This document shows positions 24,004 through 35,900 of a DNA stretch of 64,000 bases, one piece after another (position 1 is the stretch's first letter; each line of letters starts with the position of its first letter). The position numbers were made by a program, and so were the translations under genes. The stretch is from positions 41,781,572-41,845,571 of the forward strand of contig CP154954.1 of NCBI GenBank assembly GCA_039621445.1. The letters are read 5' to 3'. Origin of the DNA: Euglena gracilis (Eukaryota). The notes beneath the pieces were generated by a model. That model saw only the letters and a list, made by a program, of their open reading frames with translations, was not told the DNA's origin and did not search any database.

Positions 24004-27000
24004 CATGATCCCATAATTGCCCAAATCATGTTTTTGGACCTTTTTGTTGGAAATAATTTGAATAACGGCCCAAAATTTATATCTATGTTGCAAAATGACC
24101 AAATTTGTGAATTAATTCCCAAATCAGCAATTTCTGCATTTTTCCCTCAGTTCTTCCACAGTTTTTCCTCCGGTGTCGATACCCCCCTTGATAAATCCCT
24201 CTCTCCACATATCCCCCAACCAAAGGACCCCTGGCCTAACCAGGGGCCGGAACCACCACAAGGGGCGTCCAGGGGTCCCTGGTGCCCCCACCAGGGTGCG
24301 GGGGTACAATGAGGATTTTTGGGCAAAATCCCGGGGGAGGGGTGTTATATGGGGGGGGGCTACCTCCCCCTTAGTTGCACGAAGGCTCCTTGTTTGTTTA
24401 TGGCCAGTCGCTTAAAATCGCTTCTGGCCCAGTTTGCTGTGCGGTGAGCAGCCAGCACCACCTACACAACCTCCCCCCATCTCCCCCCTCCATTGTCCAA
24501 GACAGGCCACTGTTCATTGAATGTGCCGTTTTAACAGAGCACATTCCCCATTCGGGGGGGGGGGGGGGTGGATTTTGGGTCCCAGAAAATTTGAAATCCT
24601 CGTTTTTTGGTCACTTGAGCCTCCAGGGAGCCTCCCCTGATCTCCCAGATTCCCGCCCCTCCCCCCCTGGCACAATGAAACAACTGACAACAAGACGCTT
24701 TTGTCCTGCTGTAAACGGCAAAAAACGTCTTTGAACCACGCATTACATTGCATGGCGGACTTTGAAAACGACTCCGAACCACGGCATAAATAATTGCCCA
24801 ATTCAATTGCCCAATTCAACACTGTATTTCGCTTCCTCGTAGAAATGATCTGCCACAAAACTGGTTATTGAGCTTATGTTAACCCCCCCCCCAAATAATC
24901 CCCCCCCGGGGTATTATTTTTTTTTCCCGAAGTCCCGGCCCCAGAGGGGGGGGGTAATATTTGGGGGGGGGTGGGGAGGGTTTAGTTAGGGAGCCCCCCA
25001 GAGGCCTGCCTTTGCACCTCCTTAGCATGATTCTGCTTTTGCGTTGAGCTGGTTTTTTCTTCAGATGGAGGGGGGATCAGGCTTTGTTGTCTTCGGGGTG
25101 TTGGAAGGTGGGGGGGTCAGAACCCCCTTCGATCGGTCCGGGGGGGGGGGGCACCCCCACCTGAACAGTGGCGCGGTCTGGGCGACCAATTTTCGGCCTG
25201 GCCAACACACCCACCAAAAATGCCATTTTGGTCACTTTTTGGGCAAAATTTTTGTCAAAAATCACAAAAAGAACAAAGCGACGGAAGGAAAAACTTGATC
25301 TTTTGGGGGATCCCAGGAATCCTCTAAAAGTGGGTCTGGAGCCCGGACCCCCCGGAGGGTTACAACCCCCCCACCTAAACCCCATACACCCTCCTTTTAT
25401 CGAACCCAGGTGGTTTTGGGGACCCAATTTAGGGGTCAATTATGGGGTCAAAAAAACTGGGTGTGGGGAAGCACAGGCCCTTTGGGGTTGGATACTGTCC
25501 CCCATTACAGGGAGCAAACCTGACCCTCATGCCATTCTGACCAGATGGCGGTGAACATCTTGTGATTTGCTTTCCAAACAACGTTGTCAATTGTTCACCG
25601 TTGCTGAACTCTTTGCGCATTTTCATGCTGAAATATAAAAAAGACCTCTTGAATCGGTTGGGGCAGGATTTTTTATTAACTATGCGTGCATCACCAATTT
25701 TTTTTGTGTAATTTTGTGTGTAACTACAAATGGATCATGTGCTAGCATTTATGAACTGGGTGTGATGGGGCGTGACGGACAAGTTTTGCCATTTTTTGCC
25801 ATTTTTGGTCATTTTTATGGTTTTCTCGTAACTCCGTCTGGCCCGAGAAACGGCCATTTTTCGGCCATTTTGGGCCTTTTTGGACCTAAAAATTGCGAAA
25901 TACCCATTTTTCTTCGGGAATGAAGCAGAAATTAAGCAAAAATTCCAAGACCTAAAGCTCTTGAAATAGCCCCAGATATGCCCAAACCCAAGTTGAAGGA
26001 GAAAGTGCACGAAAGGGCGGAGGCACCCAGACTCGAACCAGGATTGTCTGCATCAAACGCTAACTATGTGGGGGCAATTTTCTAGCTTGGCGCCAATTTT
26101 GCAACACCTCGTGGGGGGTTTGGTTTAATTTTTTGTGGGGGTTTGGGGGACACAAAAAAAGTTCTTTTTGGGGGGGGGGTTTGGGAGGGCATTTTTATTT
26201 TGGGTGGAGGGGGGGGTCCCAGAAAATTTGGAATGCTCATTTTTGTTTACCTGGAGCCTCCACAGAGCCTCCCTGGAGGCTGGTTACCTGAGCCTCCCTG
26301 GAGCCTCCCTGGAGGCTGGTTACCTGAGGAGCCTCCCTGGAGCCTTTGTTTGACGTTGAAGGGTTTCATGACCATGTTTAAAAGAAAAATCCTTCCTGTT
26401 TCTTTTGAGCTCCATCCAGAATAATTTCTAAATAAAATTGATCTAATTTTTATTTCTGCGGTGTCTTCCAACTCTCCCAAATCCTATTTTCCCGCTTTTT
26501 GAAACCCCAATTTTTTGGCACCAAATGCCGAATTTTTGTCTATTTCAGATAAACTCAATGGGAATTTGTTTGCGTCACAGTTTTAACCAATTGGAAAATT
26601 GCCTGGGTATTCTTCGGCATTGCCCCCCCAAAAAACAAAAAAAACCCTTTGTGCCCATTCAAGCTGGTTTCCCCCCTCGTGCATTTTCCGGGGCTCCCCA
26701 TCCTGCTCGGGTGCCTATCCAGGTCGATGATGATCCTGTATCAGAGATACGGCAACTCACGTTTATCCATTGCGTACTCGTCATGCATTCATCCATCCAT
26801 CCATTTCCCAAAGAATCCGATTTATGATTCCCTCTTGTTCCGCGATTCCTGATTCAGCTCGGAAATCATGGTTAGGTCGTGGCTTATCCGTATGTGTGTG
26901 ATCCCATGTTCACCTGTTTGATCCTGTGTTTATATCCTGTCCTGTGTCAAAAATATTATTTTGATACATAAAAAATATCCTACCCCGTATATATAACAAA

Positions 27001-27499
27001 TACCTGTCCTATTTTTTCTTACCACTGGTGTATTGATGCTATTATCATTATTTTTATTTTTTTGTCTGACAACCTATGCTTTTCGGCCTTTGCTATCTAT
27101 CCCACATGTCCTCCTGTGGATTCAGAGCCATATGCATCACCGATCAGAAGCGTCCTGCACTTGGGATGTAGGTTGAAAATTTCGGTGTTCACGGATCTCT
27201 GAAGGTAACCCACTGCGGAACCAATTGCGGATGCATTATTTGGCGCCTCATTGTCATTTGATGCAAGTCTTGCGGGTGCAGAACAGTTTGCTCGCCAGGA
27301 GGAGGGGATGGCAATGGGAGACGGCTTCTCAGACACGCAGAGTGAGTGTGCGGCCACTACAGTGACGTTTGGATTGACGCCACCACACCATGCTGCAACT
27401 ATCACCACTGAAAGTCCCCCGAACGCACACGATGCAGAAGATCCAACGATCAGGACTGTGTGTCGCTGGGTTGTTGTGGACGATGCCGGTGCCACCACT

Positions 27500-28850
27500 C
27501 CGTGGGTAATGCATTCCTCCCATTCCCAATATCCTCCTGCTCGCATGTGCAAAATCATTTAAAACTTTTGAGTCGGGCTGTGCAATGAATTTACGCCTGT
27601 TTGGGAACATGTTTTTGAGAGTGCTGCATATCCTAAGCCCCAGGACACTCGGTGCACGGGCTATGATGGCAGACCTTGTCGTTGGACCTTGAAAGGGTGG
27701 ACTCGCCCTTACACAGAGGTGGGCACGACCATGGTGCACGTTTTTCACTTTCAGAGGTCCATGTGCGTACAACATTCACGTCCAGGCAGCCCGCAAGTCT
27801 ACCGTGCACTGGATCCCACATTTAACGAAGAGATAAGTGATCCGCGTGTGCAAGTGTCATTCCCAGTGGTGGAGATTGGTTGCAAGTATTACACGTACGA
27901 GGTGTTGTTGTATGTTCGCAACCTCGTCCTCACACACAAATATGGCGGTTCGCACATTCGGAATCTGTTGCACTCCTCTTGGGCAGCTGCCGCAGAAGCT
28001 GCGGCATTACACCATCCGGGCACAGTCACTCTGGAGAAGCCGCTTGCAAAAGATATTCCTTGCGACCGCACACTGGACGCATTGGCGTTCTTCACCTGGC
28101 AGTCGCAATACAGTGCCAGTACCCTTGCAAAGGACTCCCTATTCGCGGAAGAAGCAATCTGTCTGCATCTGATGTGACCTACAAGGCGGGCAGTGGCATC
28201 TGGGTGCGGAATCCCGCAGGGGGAATGATCGAGCTGTACTACATGGTTGCATCCATCCTGGGGTCCAATGGCGTTGCCTTGGCATACACGTTGATTCCCA
28301 CTGAAAAGTGGGAGCACATTGCTCCGCTGTTTCGGCAAGTCTTCTAACTGTTGCATGGTATTTGCGAACCTCTGCAAATCTGGGTGGATCAGCAGGCCCA
28401 CGTGCACGTGCTCCCGGTGTTTTTTTTACTAGTTTTCCCGGCGACCTCTCTCACTGAGTCCTGTTTCCGGTGATTTTTTTGCTCTTTTACGGCCTTTCAA
28501 AACGGTCGCTATTTTTAACGCAGTCTTTCCTAAAGCATTTCCCATTTGGCGGGCTTCATTGCAAGGCAAACGGTCCTGGCGGCGATTATCGGAAGTGGCA
28601 CGTCAAGGTGTCCAACCTGGTGCATGAGTATTTTCCAGACACCACTTGCCAAGTGTGTCAAGATTACTGGCATTTCAAGCAGAATTTGACGAGTGGTTTG
28701 GACAAGACACATCCGTGGTATCGTGAATTCAATAAGGAGATGAGGCTGGTGCTGGTGCGCCTTCGCCTGCAAACCACCACGGACAGCGGACTCACTCCAC
28801 TAACATCGGCCGAGGACTTGCGTGGCGCCTTGCAGACTCACCATCTCGCT
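27500..28850 (+). pseudogene. Fragmented DDE transposase-like sequence with DxxH motif (Mutator-like group, tentative)
   Basis: Across frames: DVTYK ... VASILGSNG ... IWVDQ ... VCQDYWHF ... HPWYREF; broken by stops and frameshifts. Confidence 0.45.
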
Positions 28851-28868
28851 GCCGTGTTGCCAGCGTCA

Positions 28869-29566
28869 TGTTTTTGGGTGAGGTTCCCTCTTGGGGTGAT
28901 GATGGGATTTTTCTCCCTCTAATACGAATGCGCTCCTTCTCTGCCCTTGATAATAAGGAAGAAAACGCCCCTGAGTCGGGACCAGCTGTTGGGTTCCAAG
29001 GTAGACGCGAGGTGATGCTCACGATTTGTTCCAGAAGTATTCCTGACCAACGGACCAATACAAGTTGGTGAGGGGGCCAGCCTTCCAGAGGCACTGTGAT
29101 TTTTCCCTGGCTTCTGCGAAGGGTACCGCCTTGGACCTTGAGTGTTCGTCCAAAGCTTTCCCCTTTTTCCCTTTTTGGGACTTTCTGAAAAAGCCTTTCA
29201 CTTTCGCCTTGGTGCGCAACCTACTTATGGTAGGGAAAAGTCTTTGGAGTAACAAAAAGTGGTTTTCCCCTTTTGTTCCCATTTCCCAAGAGGCAAAGCA
29301 CAAGACAAAGACTTCAGAAGTTTTCGCTGAAGTCAAGTTCAGTTGTTTCGAGGGTTTTTCCCTCAGACAAAACCAATGGTGAAACTTTGGGACGATGACA
29401 GTAAAGAATAACACCTGGGGGAAGGAGAGAAAAGTGCTGACGTGTCCAGGGGCAGATCCCAGAAGGGTCTGCCACGATCTTACCAACTGTGGTTTCCACA
29501 GTGGTGCGACCGTCACAGAACCCACTCTGCAGATATCCTACACAGCTGGGACGTGCCTGGTACACA
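28869..29566 (-). repeat. Putative 3' LTR of E1
   Basis: Starts TGTGTACCAGGCA directly after the PPT, like the E3 LTR. The far end (…aaaCA at 28869) is a guess; there is no second copy in the window. Confidence 0.45.
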
Positions 29567-30589
29567 TCCCCCTCCCAGGGCTAGGCCCGATTTCCTTCAT
29601 GGACCAGGGATTCCCAGGGCCAGTCAGGATATCTGACGCTTCCTCGGTGGGGTTCACTTCTACTCCATTTGGTGTCTCTCCTTTCCGCACAGTGGCATCC
29701 ACCCAAAGCCCAAAAACGTGCAAAAGGTTAGCCGCGTTTCGCGGTTACCTATTCGCCGTTTAGGCTTAGGTGGAGTGTGAAAAAGCCCACCGTAGGAAAC
29801 GGGGCTGGCATGTTTCCTGTCAAAGTATCCCATCCACCCACTTTGGGTGTGCCAAAGGCACGGGAGGTTGGTCAAGCGTATTCGCTGAAAACCCGAGGGG
29901 AGAGGTGTGGAAGGGGCGGGGGGCAGGCACCTATCCTGGTCATACCCGGATAGGGCTCCTAGGCGGTCATATCCGCACTAGGAAACAAAAGCCTACTTAC
30001 AGAGCCGACTGCCGGCGACAGCTTTGCGGGGGTGGGGGGAAAGTAGGGAGGAGAGGGGGGCTGGCTTAGGCCAAAACAGAATTTTTGCTGTCTGGCAGCC
30101 TTAAGGGGCCTTAGGGCCGAAAAGTGACAAATTGGCCTATTATTACGGCGTGCGCGCTGTGTGCTGTGTGTCATTTAGAGGCTTGCCAAGTTTCCCGGCT
30201 GCCAAGGCCTTCACAGCAGCAGCTCCTTCACGACGTGATAAGAGGCGCTTACCTCCTGCAGACGGTTTCCGTCCGCACGGCCAATGTTGGAGGGGGGGGT
30301 GCTCATGGATGCTTCCATCCAGAGCTCGTGACAGACCTGGGTTCATCCCAAGGCTGCTTAGCGGTTTCCGCTACCAGTGTATTATCCTACAGGGGTGTCC
30401 AGGCTCCATGAATGCGATTACCTTACATGGGGTCTGGTAATGCCGTTTCGGCATTATATCCTTTCCAACCGCCAGTAATCATGGCGGGAGTCCAAGGGAT
30501 CTTCCACCAGGACCATTCGGAACTGCTGTGGTGGTGGCCCGTCCACGAGCCAGGTTTCTGGCGATTCGTAGTCGAAGTCAGGTGCTACC

Positions 30590-30726
30590 TGCGGACTGTG
30601 CAGACTGCTGGCTCTGGTTATGTCTTTACATTGATTGTGTTACGTCTTTGGGGACAATTGGGATATCAAGAAAAATTGGGAATCCGAGGATTTCAATAAA
30701 AACAAAAGAATATTCTGAGACGTCCA
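30590..30726 (+). repeat. E2 5' LTR (137 bp; lacks 55 bp present in the 3' LTR)
   Basis: Matches 37404-37595 except one substitution and absence of 37411-37465. Confidence 0.9.
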
Positions 30727-31169
30727 AAGTTGGTCGCAGAGGTTTGTTGTTCCAATCGTCCAAGACGTCTTCGAGGAGATTCAACATTGTTTCACTGGTT
30801 ATTGAAGTTCCAGAAGTTGGTGTTCCTGAAGGCAAGGTTAACCGAGTTGCTGGTACAGAACAACACCTTCAACAGGAAGTTGACATTGAGGCTGTGGTGA
30901 ACAAGTTCACAGTGGAGAGTTTGTCAACAGTTGTTGTATTGGTTACTTGGTTGAGGAAGTTTGTAAGTGGTGCTGTTCACCTTGCTGTCCAGAACAAGAT
31001 CCTGGTTGAGGCAAGATCTTCATCATCTTGCTGACCTGGTCCTGAACCCAGTGGTTGGTTTTCTGTTCTGGTTTCTTCAGTTTTTGTTTGTTTTTTGGGT
31101 TGGCCAGTGTTTCTGTTTCTCCCAGTTTTCAGAGCCAGTGGTTGAGTTTTTTGAAAGTGATCTGCAGAA

Positions 31170-32969
31170 ATGTCCTCCATTGAAGATTTGGAAAGAAGGT
31201 TGCAGGAATTGGAAATCAAATCAGCCAGCAGCAGTCAGTCTGTGTTTACCCCTGTGAACCCCATCACCCAGGTTGAAACATTTCTGAAGCAAATTGTGGA
31301 ACCAAATTCCAGCAACCCCAGCCAAAGTTCAACCCAAAGTTCAAGATTACCCCCTGTGAAATTGCCTGAGTTTGATGGCACAAATTGGCCAGAGTTTTTG
31401 AAAGATTTTGGCAGATGGTTGAGGTTAACTGGTGCAGTTGCATTTGGAAATGTCCAGAAAAAGGATTGGCTGTTGGAATGTTGCACCCCCAAGGTGAAAA
31501 AACTGGTTGAAAAAGTGATGGATGAGAATGATGATTTTGAAAAAGTGCTGTTGGAAATTGCAAATTTGTTCCCAACACTGGAAAATGACATGACTTTGAG
31601 GTCTGCCATTGACAAATTGCCAGCACTTTCCCAGAACCCTGAACCCCAAGACATCAAAAAACTTTTCATTGAATTGGACAATTTGTTGGCCAGGTTGAGC
31701 CCCCAGGCCATGAGTGAACAAGAAAAGTTTTTGGTTTTGCTGAGGAAATTACACCCCAGAATGTATGCAGACATCAGGGCAGACAGATTTTACAAACATC
31801 GTTCTGAGACATTCACAGATTTGAGAAAAACAATTTTGGAGAAAAGTTCTGAAGATTGGTTGGAGAGGAATTTGCTGAAAAAAGAAAATCTCAGACCATT
31901 GATTGAAAGACCCCCTGATCAATCTGAAAAAGTTGGTGAAAGTGTCCCAGAATCTGGAAAAGGTGGAAAATCTGGTGGAAAGGGGAAAGGCAAAGGAAAA
32001 GGCAAAGGCAAGGGTGAAAGAAAAGTTGATGACACCCCAGCCCCACGATTTGGAGCCACAATTTTCTGTCGATTTTGTCACAAAAAGGGGCATTATGAAG
32101 ACAGATGTTGGTCAAAAGAAAAGTTTGAAAAAAAGAAGGCAGCAGCCCAGAAGGGGGCAGGCAAAGGGACCCCTTCGGTTCAACCCCAGGGAGTGCAAAC
32201 CCAGGTTACCCTCCCGGGTGAGAACCCCAAAAAGAGAAAAGCTGATGCTTTGCAGTTGCTCCAGATGGTGTGTAAAACTTATCTTTTGCCAGTAAAGGTT
32301 TATGGAAAGGAAATTCAAGCTATTTTGGACACTGGGGCCACCATAACTGCAGTTTCTAAGAAATGTGTTCCAGAGAATAAAATTCAGCGAAGTGCTGCGG
32401 TACCCCTGCAGATCGGCAACGGTGAGTACATCTTTTCCGAAGGAGTGTGTGAGGTGAGTTTGGAGTTGGGGCGAAAAACACTAAGACTTAAAGCGGTTGT
32501 GGTTGAAACAAATGCCTTCGAGGCAGTTTTGGGGACTGACTTTACTGAAAGTGATTTTTTTGGTGGGTTGCTGACCAGACCCCCCAGAATCATCATTGAC
32601 GGTGAGGAGTTTTTACTTCAGAGCCATGATGGGGACCACACCATCAAAAGAATTTTCAGACTTTTCAAGACAGAAAGCTACACTTTGGTGAAGCCAGTGA
32701 AGTCAAAAGCTTTGGATGAATTGAAGATTTCTGAGGGTCAGATTTGCATTGATCTTTTTACAAACCACCTGAACCACACCCAGTCTTTGTACATGACAAA
32801 AGGGAATTCAGCCTACAGGTATTCATGGGAAAGGTTGTTGTGTGACATTGGTGCTTCCAAGTTTCTGTGGGCAAACCCCCCCTTCAGCCAACTAAGCAAA
32901 GTGGTGACAAAGTTGTGCATTGAAGAAACAAAAATGGTCCTGGTGCACCCAGACTGGGTGGACCAGTAG
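31170..32969 (+). CDS. E2 gag + aspartic protease + N-terminal part of a Dam-like methyltransferase domain
   Basis: LPEFDG..WPEF gag motif, CRFCHKKGHYEDRC zinc knuckle, LDTGA protease (D at 32328), IDLF (32748) and WANPPFS (NPPF 32874-32885). Ends at an in-frame TAG. Confidence 0.88.
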   Translation: MSSIEDLERRLQELEIKSASSSQSVFTPVNPITQVETFLKQIVEPNSSNPSQSSTQSSRLPPVKLPEFDGTNWPEFLKDFGRWLRLTGAVAFGNVQKKDWLLECCTPKVKKLVEKVMDENDDFEKVLLEIANLFPTLENDMTLRSAIDKLPALSQNPEPQDIKKLFIELDNLLARLSPQAMSEQEKFLVLLRKLHPRMYADIRADRFYKHRSETFTDLRKTILEKSSEDWLERNLLKKENLRPLIERPPDQSEKVGESVPESGKGGKSGGKGKGKGKGKGKGERKVDDTPAPRFGATIFCRFCHKKGHYEDRCWSKEKFEKKKAAAQKGAGKGTPSVQPQGVQTQVTLPGENPKKRKADALQLLQMVCKTYLLPVKVYGKEIQAILDTGATITAVSKKCVPENKIQRSAAVPLQIGNGEYIFSEGVCEVSLELGRKTLRLKAVVVETNAFEAVLGTDFTESDFFGGLLTRPPRIIIDGEEFLLQSHDGDHTIKRIFRLFKTESYTLVKPVKSKALDELKISEGQICIDLFTNHLNHTQSLYMTKGNSAYRYSWERLLCDIGASKFLWANPPFSQLSKVVTKLCIEETKMVLVHPDWVDQ

Positions 32970-35900
32970 TGGTCCCCCCTGCTGGAAAGGGTGACTGTGG
33001 CCAGGGTGAAAATTTCAAGTGGGGTTCCCTTGTTTGTGGGTGACAGGTGCAAAAAGGTGCTGCCCTCCCCCCTGTGGAACACTTTTGTGAGTGTGGTGGA
33101 CACTGTGCAATTCAAAGTGGATTTTGAGCTTTTGGACCCCAAAATTGTCAGTTGGCTCAGAAAAGTTTCAAGGAATTGGAGTTTGGATGAACTGAGAGGT
33201 GAGATCAGGAAGTATCCCACAGTGGATGATGGAATTCAAGTGGATTTCCCAGATGTTCCTGATGTTCCCCCCCTGCAGCAGGCAACCCAGCCTGCCAGCC
33301 CACCTGCAGACAAGCAAGTTTTTGAAAGTCCAGGTTTTCCTTTGGAGAATGTTCCCCCCAAGGAATCAGATGAAAAGGTGAAAGAATGGTTGGACAATGT
33401 GGTGGTGTTTGAACCAATGAATGAGCATGAAAACATCAATTTTTTGGCTGAGTTGACCAAGGACATTGAAAGTGAGCTGAGTCTTTTTCAGGAGGTGAGA
33501 AAAGATGTGGAGGTGATGTTTTTCCAGCTGGCCCAGCCTGTGGAAGATGTTCAGTTTGCAAAACCTGTGAAAACTCCCAAGGCAACAATCAAGATGGATG
33601 AACTCAAAAGCATTTCCCAAGTTTTGCATGAAAAGATTTGGACTTTGGAGGCCCAGAAAAAGGCTGATGAAAAAAGCAGCAAATTGTTCACTGAGAATCT
33701 GAGTGGAGAATTTGAAAAAGAAGTTGAGAAATTCAGAGACCACCCCCGGGTGTATGAGCTTTTGGTGAAATTTTCTGATGTTTTTGGACCATTGCCCACA
33801 ATTTCTCAGTCCTCCCCCCTGCCAGTTTTGATGGACATGGAGCTAAAGCCTGAATGGGAAGGTAAACCCCTAAGGCAAAAGTGTTGGCCCATGCCCCAGG
33901 AGGATGAAAAAGAAATTGACCTTCAGTGTGAAGAATTGCTAAAGTCAGGGTTGATTGAGCAATTCCCAGTTGGTGAAATCCCCCAGGTGTGCAGCCCCAC
34001 ATTTTTGGTGGACAAAAAAGGGTCAAGTACCAGAAGGATGGTCATCCATTATGGAAAATTGAATGCCAGAAGCAAGGCACATGCAGGTTATTTGCCAAGC
34101 ATGGAGGTTTTGATTGAAAGTTTGGCCAAATGTCGCTGGAAAAGTACCCTGGACATGAGGAGTGGGTATTGGCAAATCCCAATCACAAAAAGAGCAGCAA
34201 ATTTGTCTGCATTTTGCATTCCTTCTGGGAGGTGTTTTCGTCCGCAAAGGATGATGTTTGGCCTAAGTAATGCTCCGGGAATTTTTCAGGAGCTGATGGA
34301 AATTCTAACCTCCCAATGCAAAACGGATTTGAGGGTGAGAGAGATTTTGAAGGATGGACACCTGGCTTCTTTTTTCGATGACACAGGGGTTGGTGCAAAC
34401 TCTGAAGAGGATCATTTGTATCTTTTGGAAAAGTGGTTTGAAGTTTGCAGAAAGAACCAAGTGAGAATCAAATTGAGCAAATGTTCCTTTCTGAATCAGT
34501 TCATTGACTATTTGGGTTTCTCGTTGGGATGGGGAATGTGGCAGGCAAACAAAAGAAACATTGAACCAATTCTGAGTTTTCGAGTTCAGAATCAAAGGGA
34601 TTTGAGGCGAATTTTGGGAGCCATGAATTTCTACCGCAGACACGTGAAAGGTTTTACTTTTGACTCAGCCCCGCTCACAGATCTTCTGAAAAAGAATGTG
34701 AAATGGAGGTGGACTGAAAAGGAGGAGAGTTGTTTGAATGCATTGAAAAGGAAGTTGTCTTCTCTTGATGTTTTGGGTACCCCCAGGAGTTCAGGAGAGA
34801 TTGTTTTGGTGACTGACAGTTCTGATTTGGGAGGTGGTTCTGCTTTGTTTCAGTGGCAAACCCTCCAACAAACACAAATTCCTGAGAATTTTCGAACAAG
34901 TGGTGTGAAGGTGGATGGGACCCTGAAAAACAACTATCCCAGTGAAACGAGGTTGGTGCCCTTGGGCCACTACAACTGGAAATGGAGTGAGGCAAGAAAA
35001 AAATACACCACCTGGGAAAAGGAAATTTTGAGTGGTGTGCTGACCATTGCTTCACAAACAAGGATTTTGCAAAATCTGCCAATTGTGTGGATGACAGACA
35101 ATGAGGCAGCCACCTCTTTTCTGAAGGGTGAACCCCCCCTCAACAAAAGGTTGAGAAGGATGTATGTGTTTTTGCACCAGTTCAAACTGAATATCGTTCA
35201 CGTGGCAGGTTGCAAAAATGAATTGTGTGATTTTTTGTCTCGTGCTGATTTTGAGAACAAATTTGAAATTCATTTTGAGGAAGAAGCAAGGAACGCTTTT
35301 CAGAAAATGGATGTGCAGCTTGACCTGTTTTTGCAGAAGATTTTCAGTTTGTCCCACAGAGTGCAAGTGTCAGAAAATGATCATTTGAATTCAGAGCTGA
35401 AGGATTTTTGGGAAAAAGTGGAGGTTTCAAAACCCTGTTTCATTGACAATGAGTTTTGGTTCAGATCTGCCAAGGCAATGTATTGTGAAGGAAAATTGGT
35501 TGTTCCATCTCATTTGTTGAAGGTTTGTTTGGATGAATGTCACAAGGCAAGCAACCATGTTGGTGCTGAAAGGACTTTGTTGTTCTTTTTGAGCCATTTT
35601 CAGTCCAAGGTTTCCAAGAAAGACATGTTGGAAATTTGCAAGGCCATTGTGATGACATGTGAAATTTGCACCCTTTCAAAACAAAAACCGCCCCAGTGAC
35701 CGTGGAAAGGTGGGTTCTTTACCGATTCCAACAGTGAGCAATGAAGTTTTGTGTTTGGATTTTGTGCAAATGGACCCCTACAAGGGTTTTGACTATGTGC
35801 TGACTTTGGTTGACAATTTGTCCCATTTTTGCCAATTCATCCCCACACAGAAAACGGTAACCGGAGAAGGTGTTTTGAGACTTATTTTGGACCGGTGGAT

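Noticed and set aside
10150-27000. Numerous G/P/F/K-rich ORFs in the ORF track
   Set aside because: They arise from poly-G/C and A/T tracts of MITEs and show no protein motifs.
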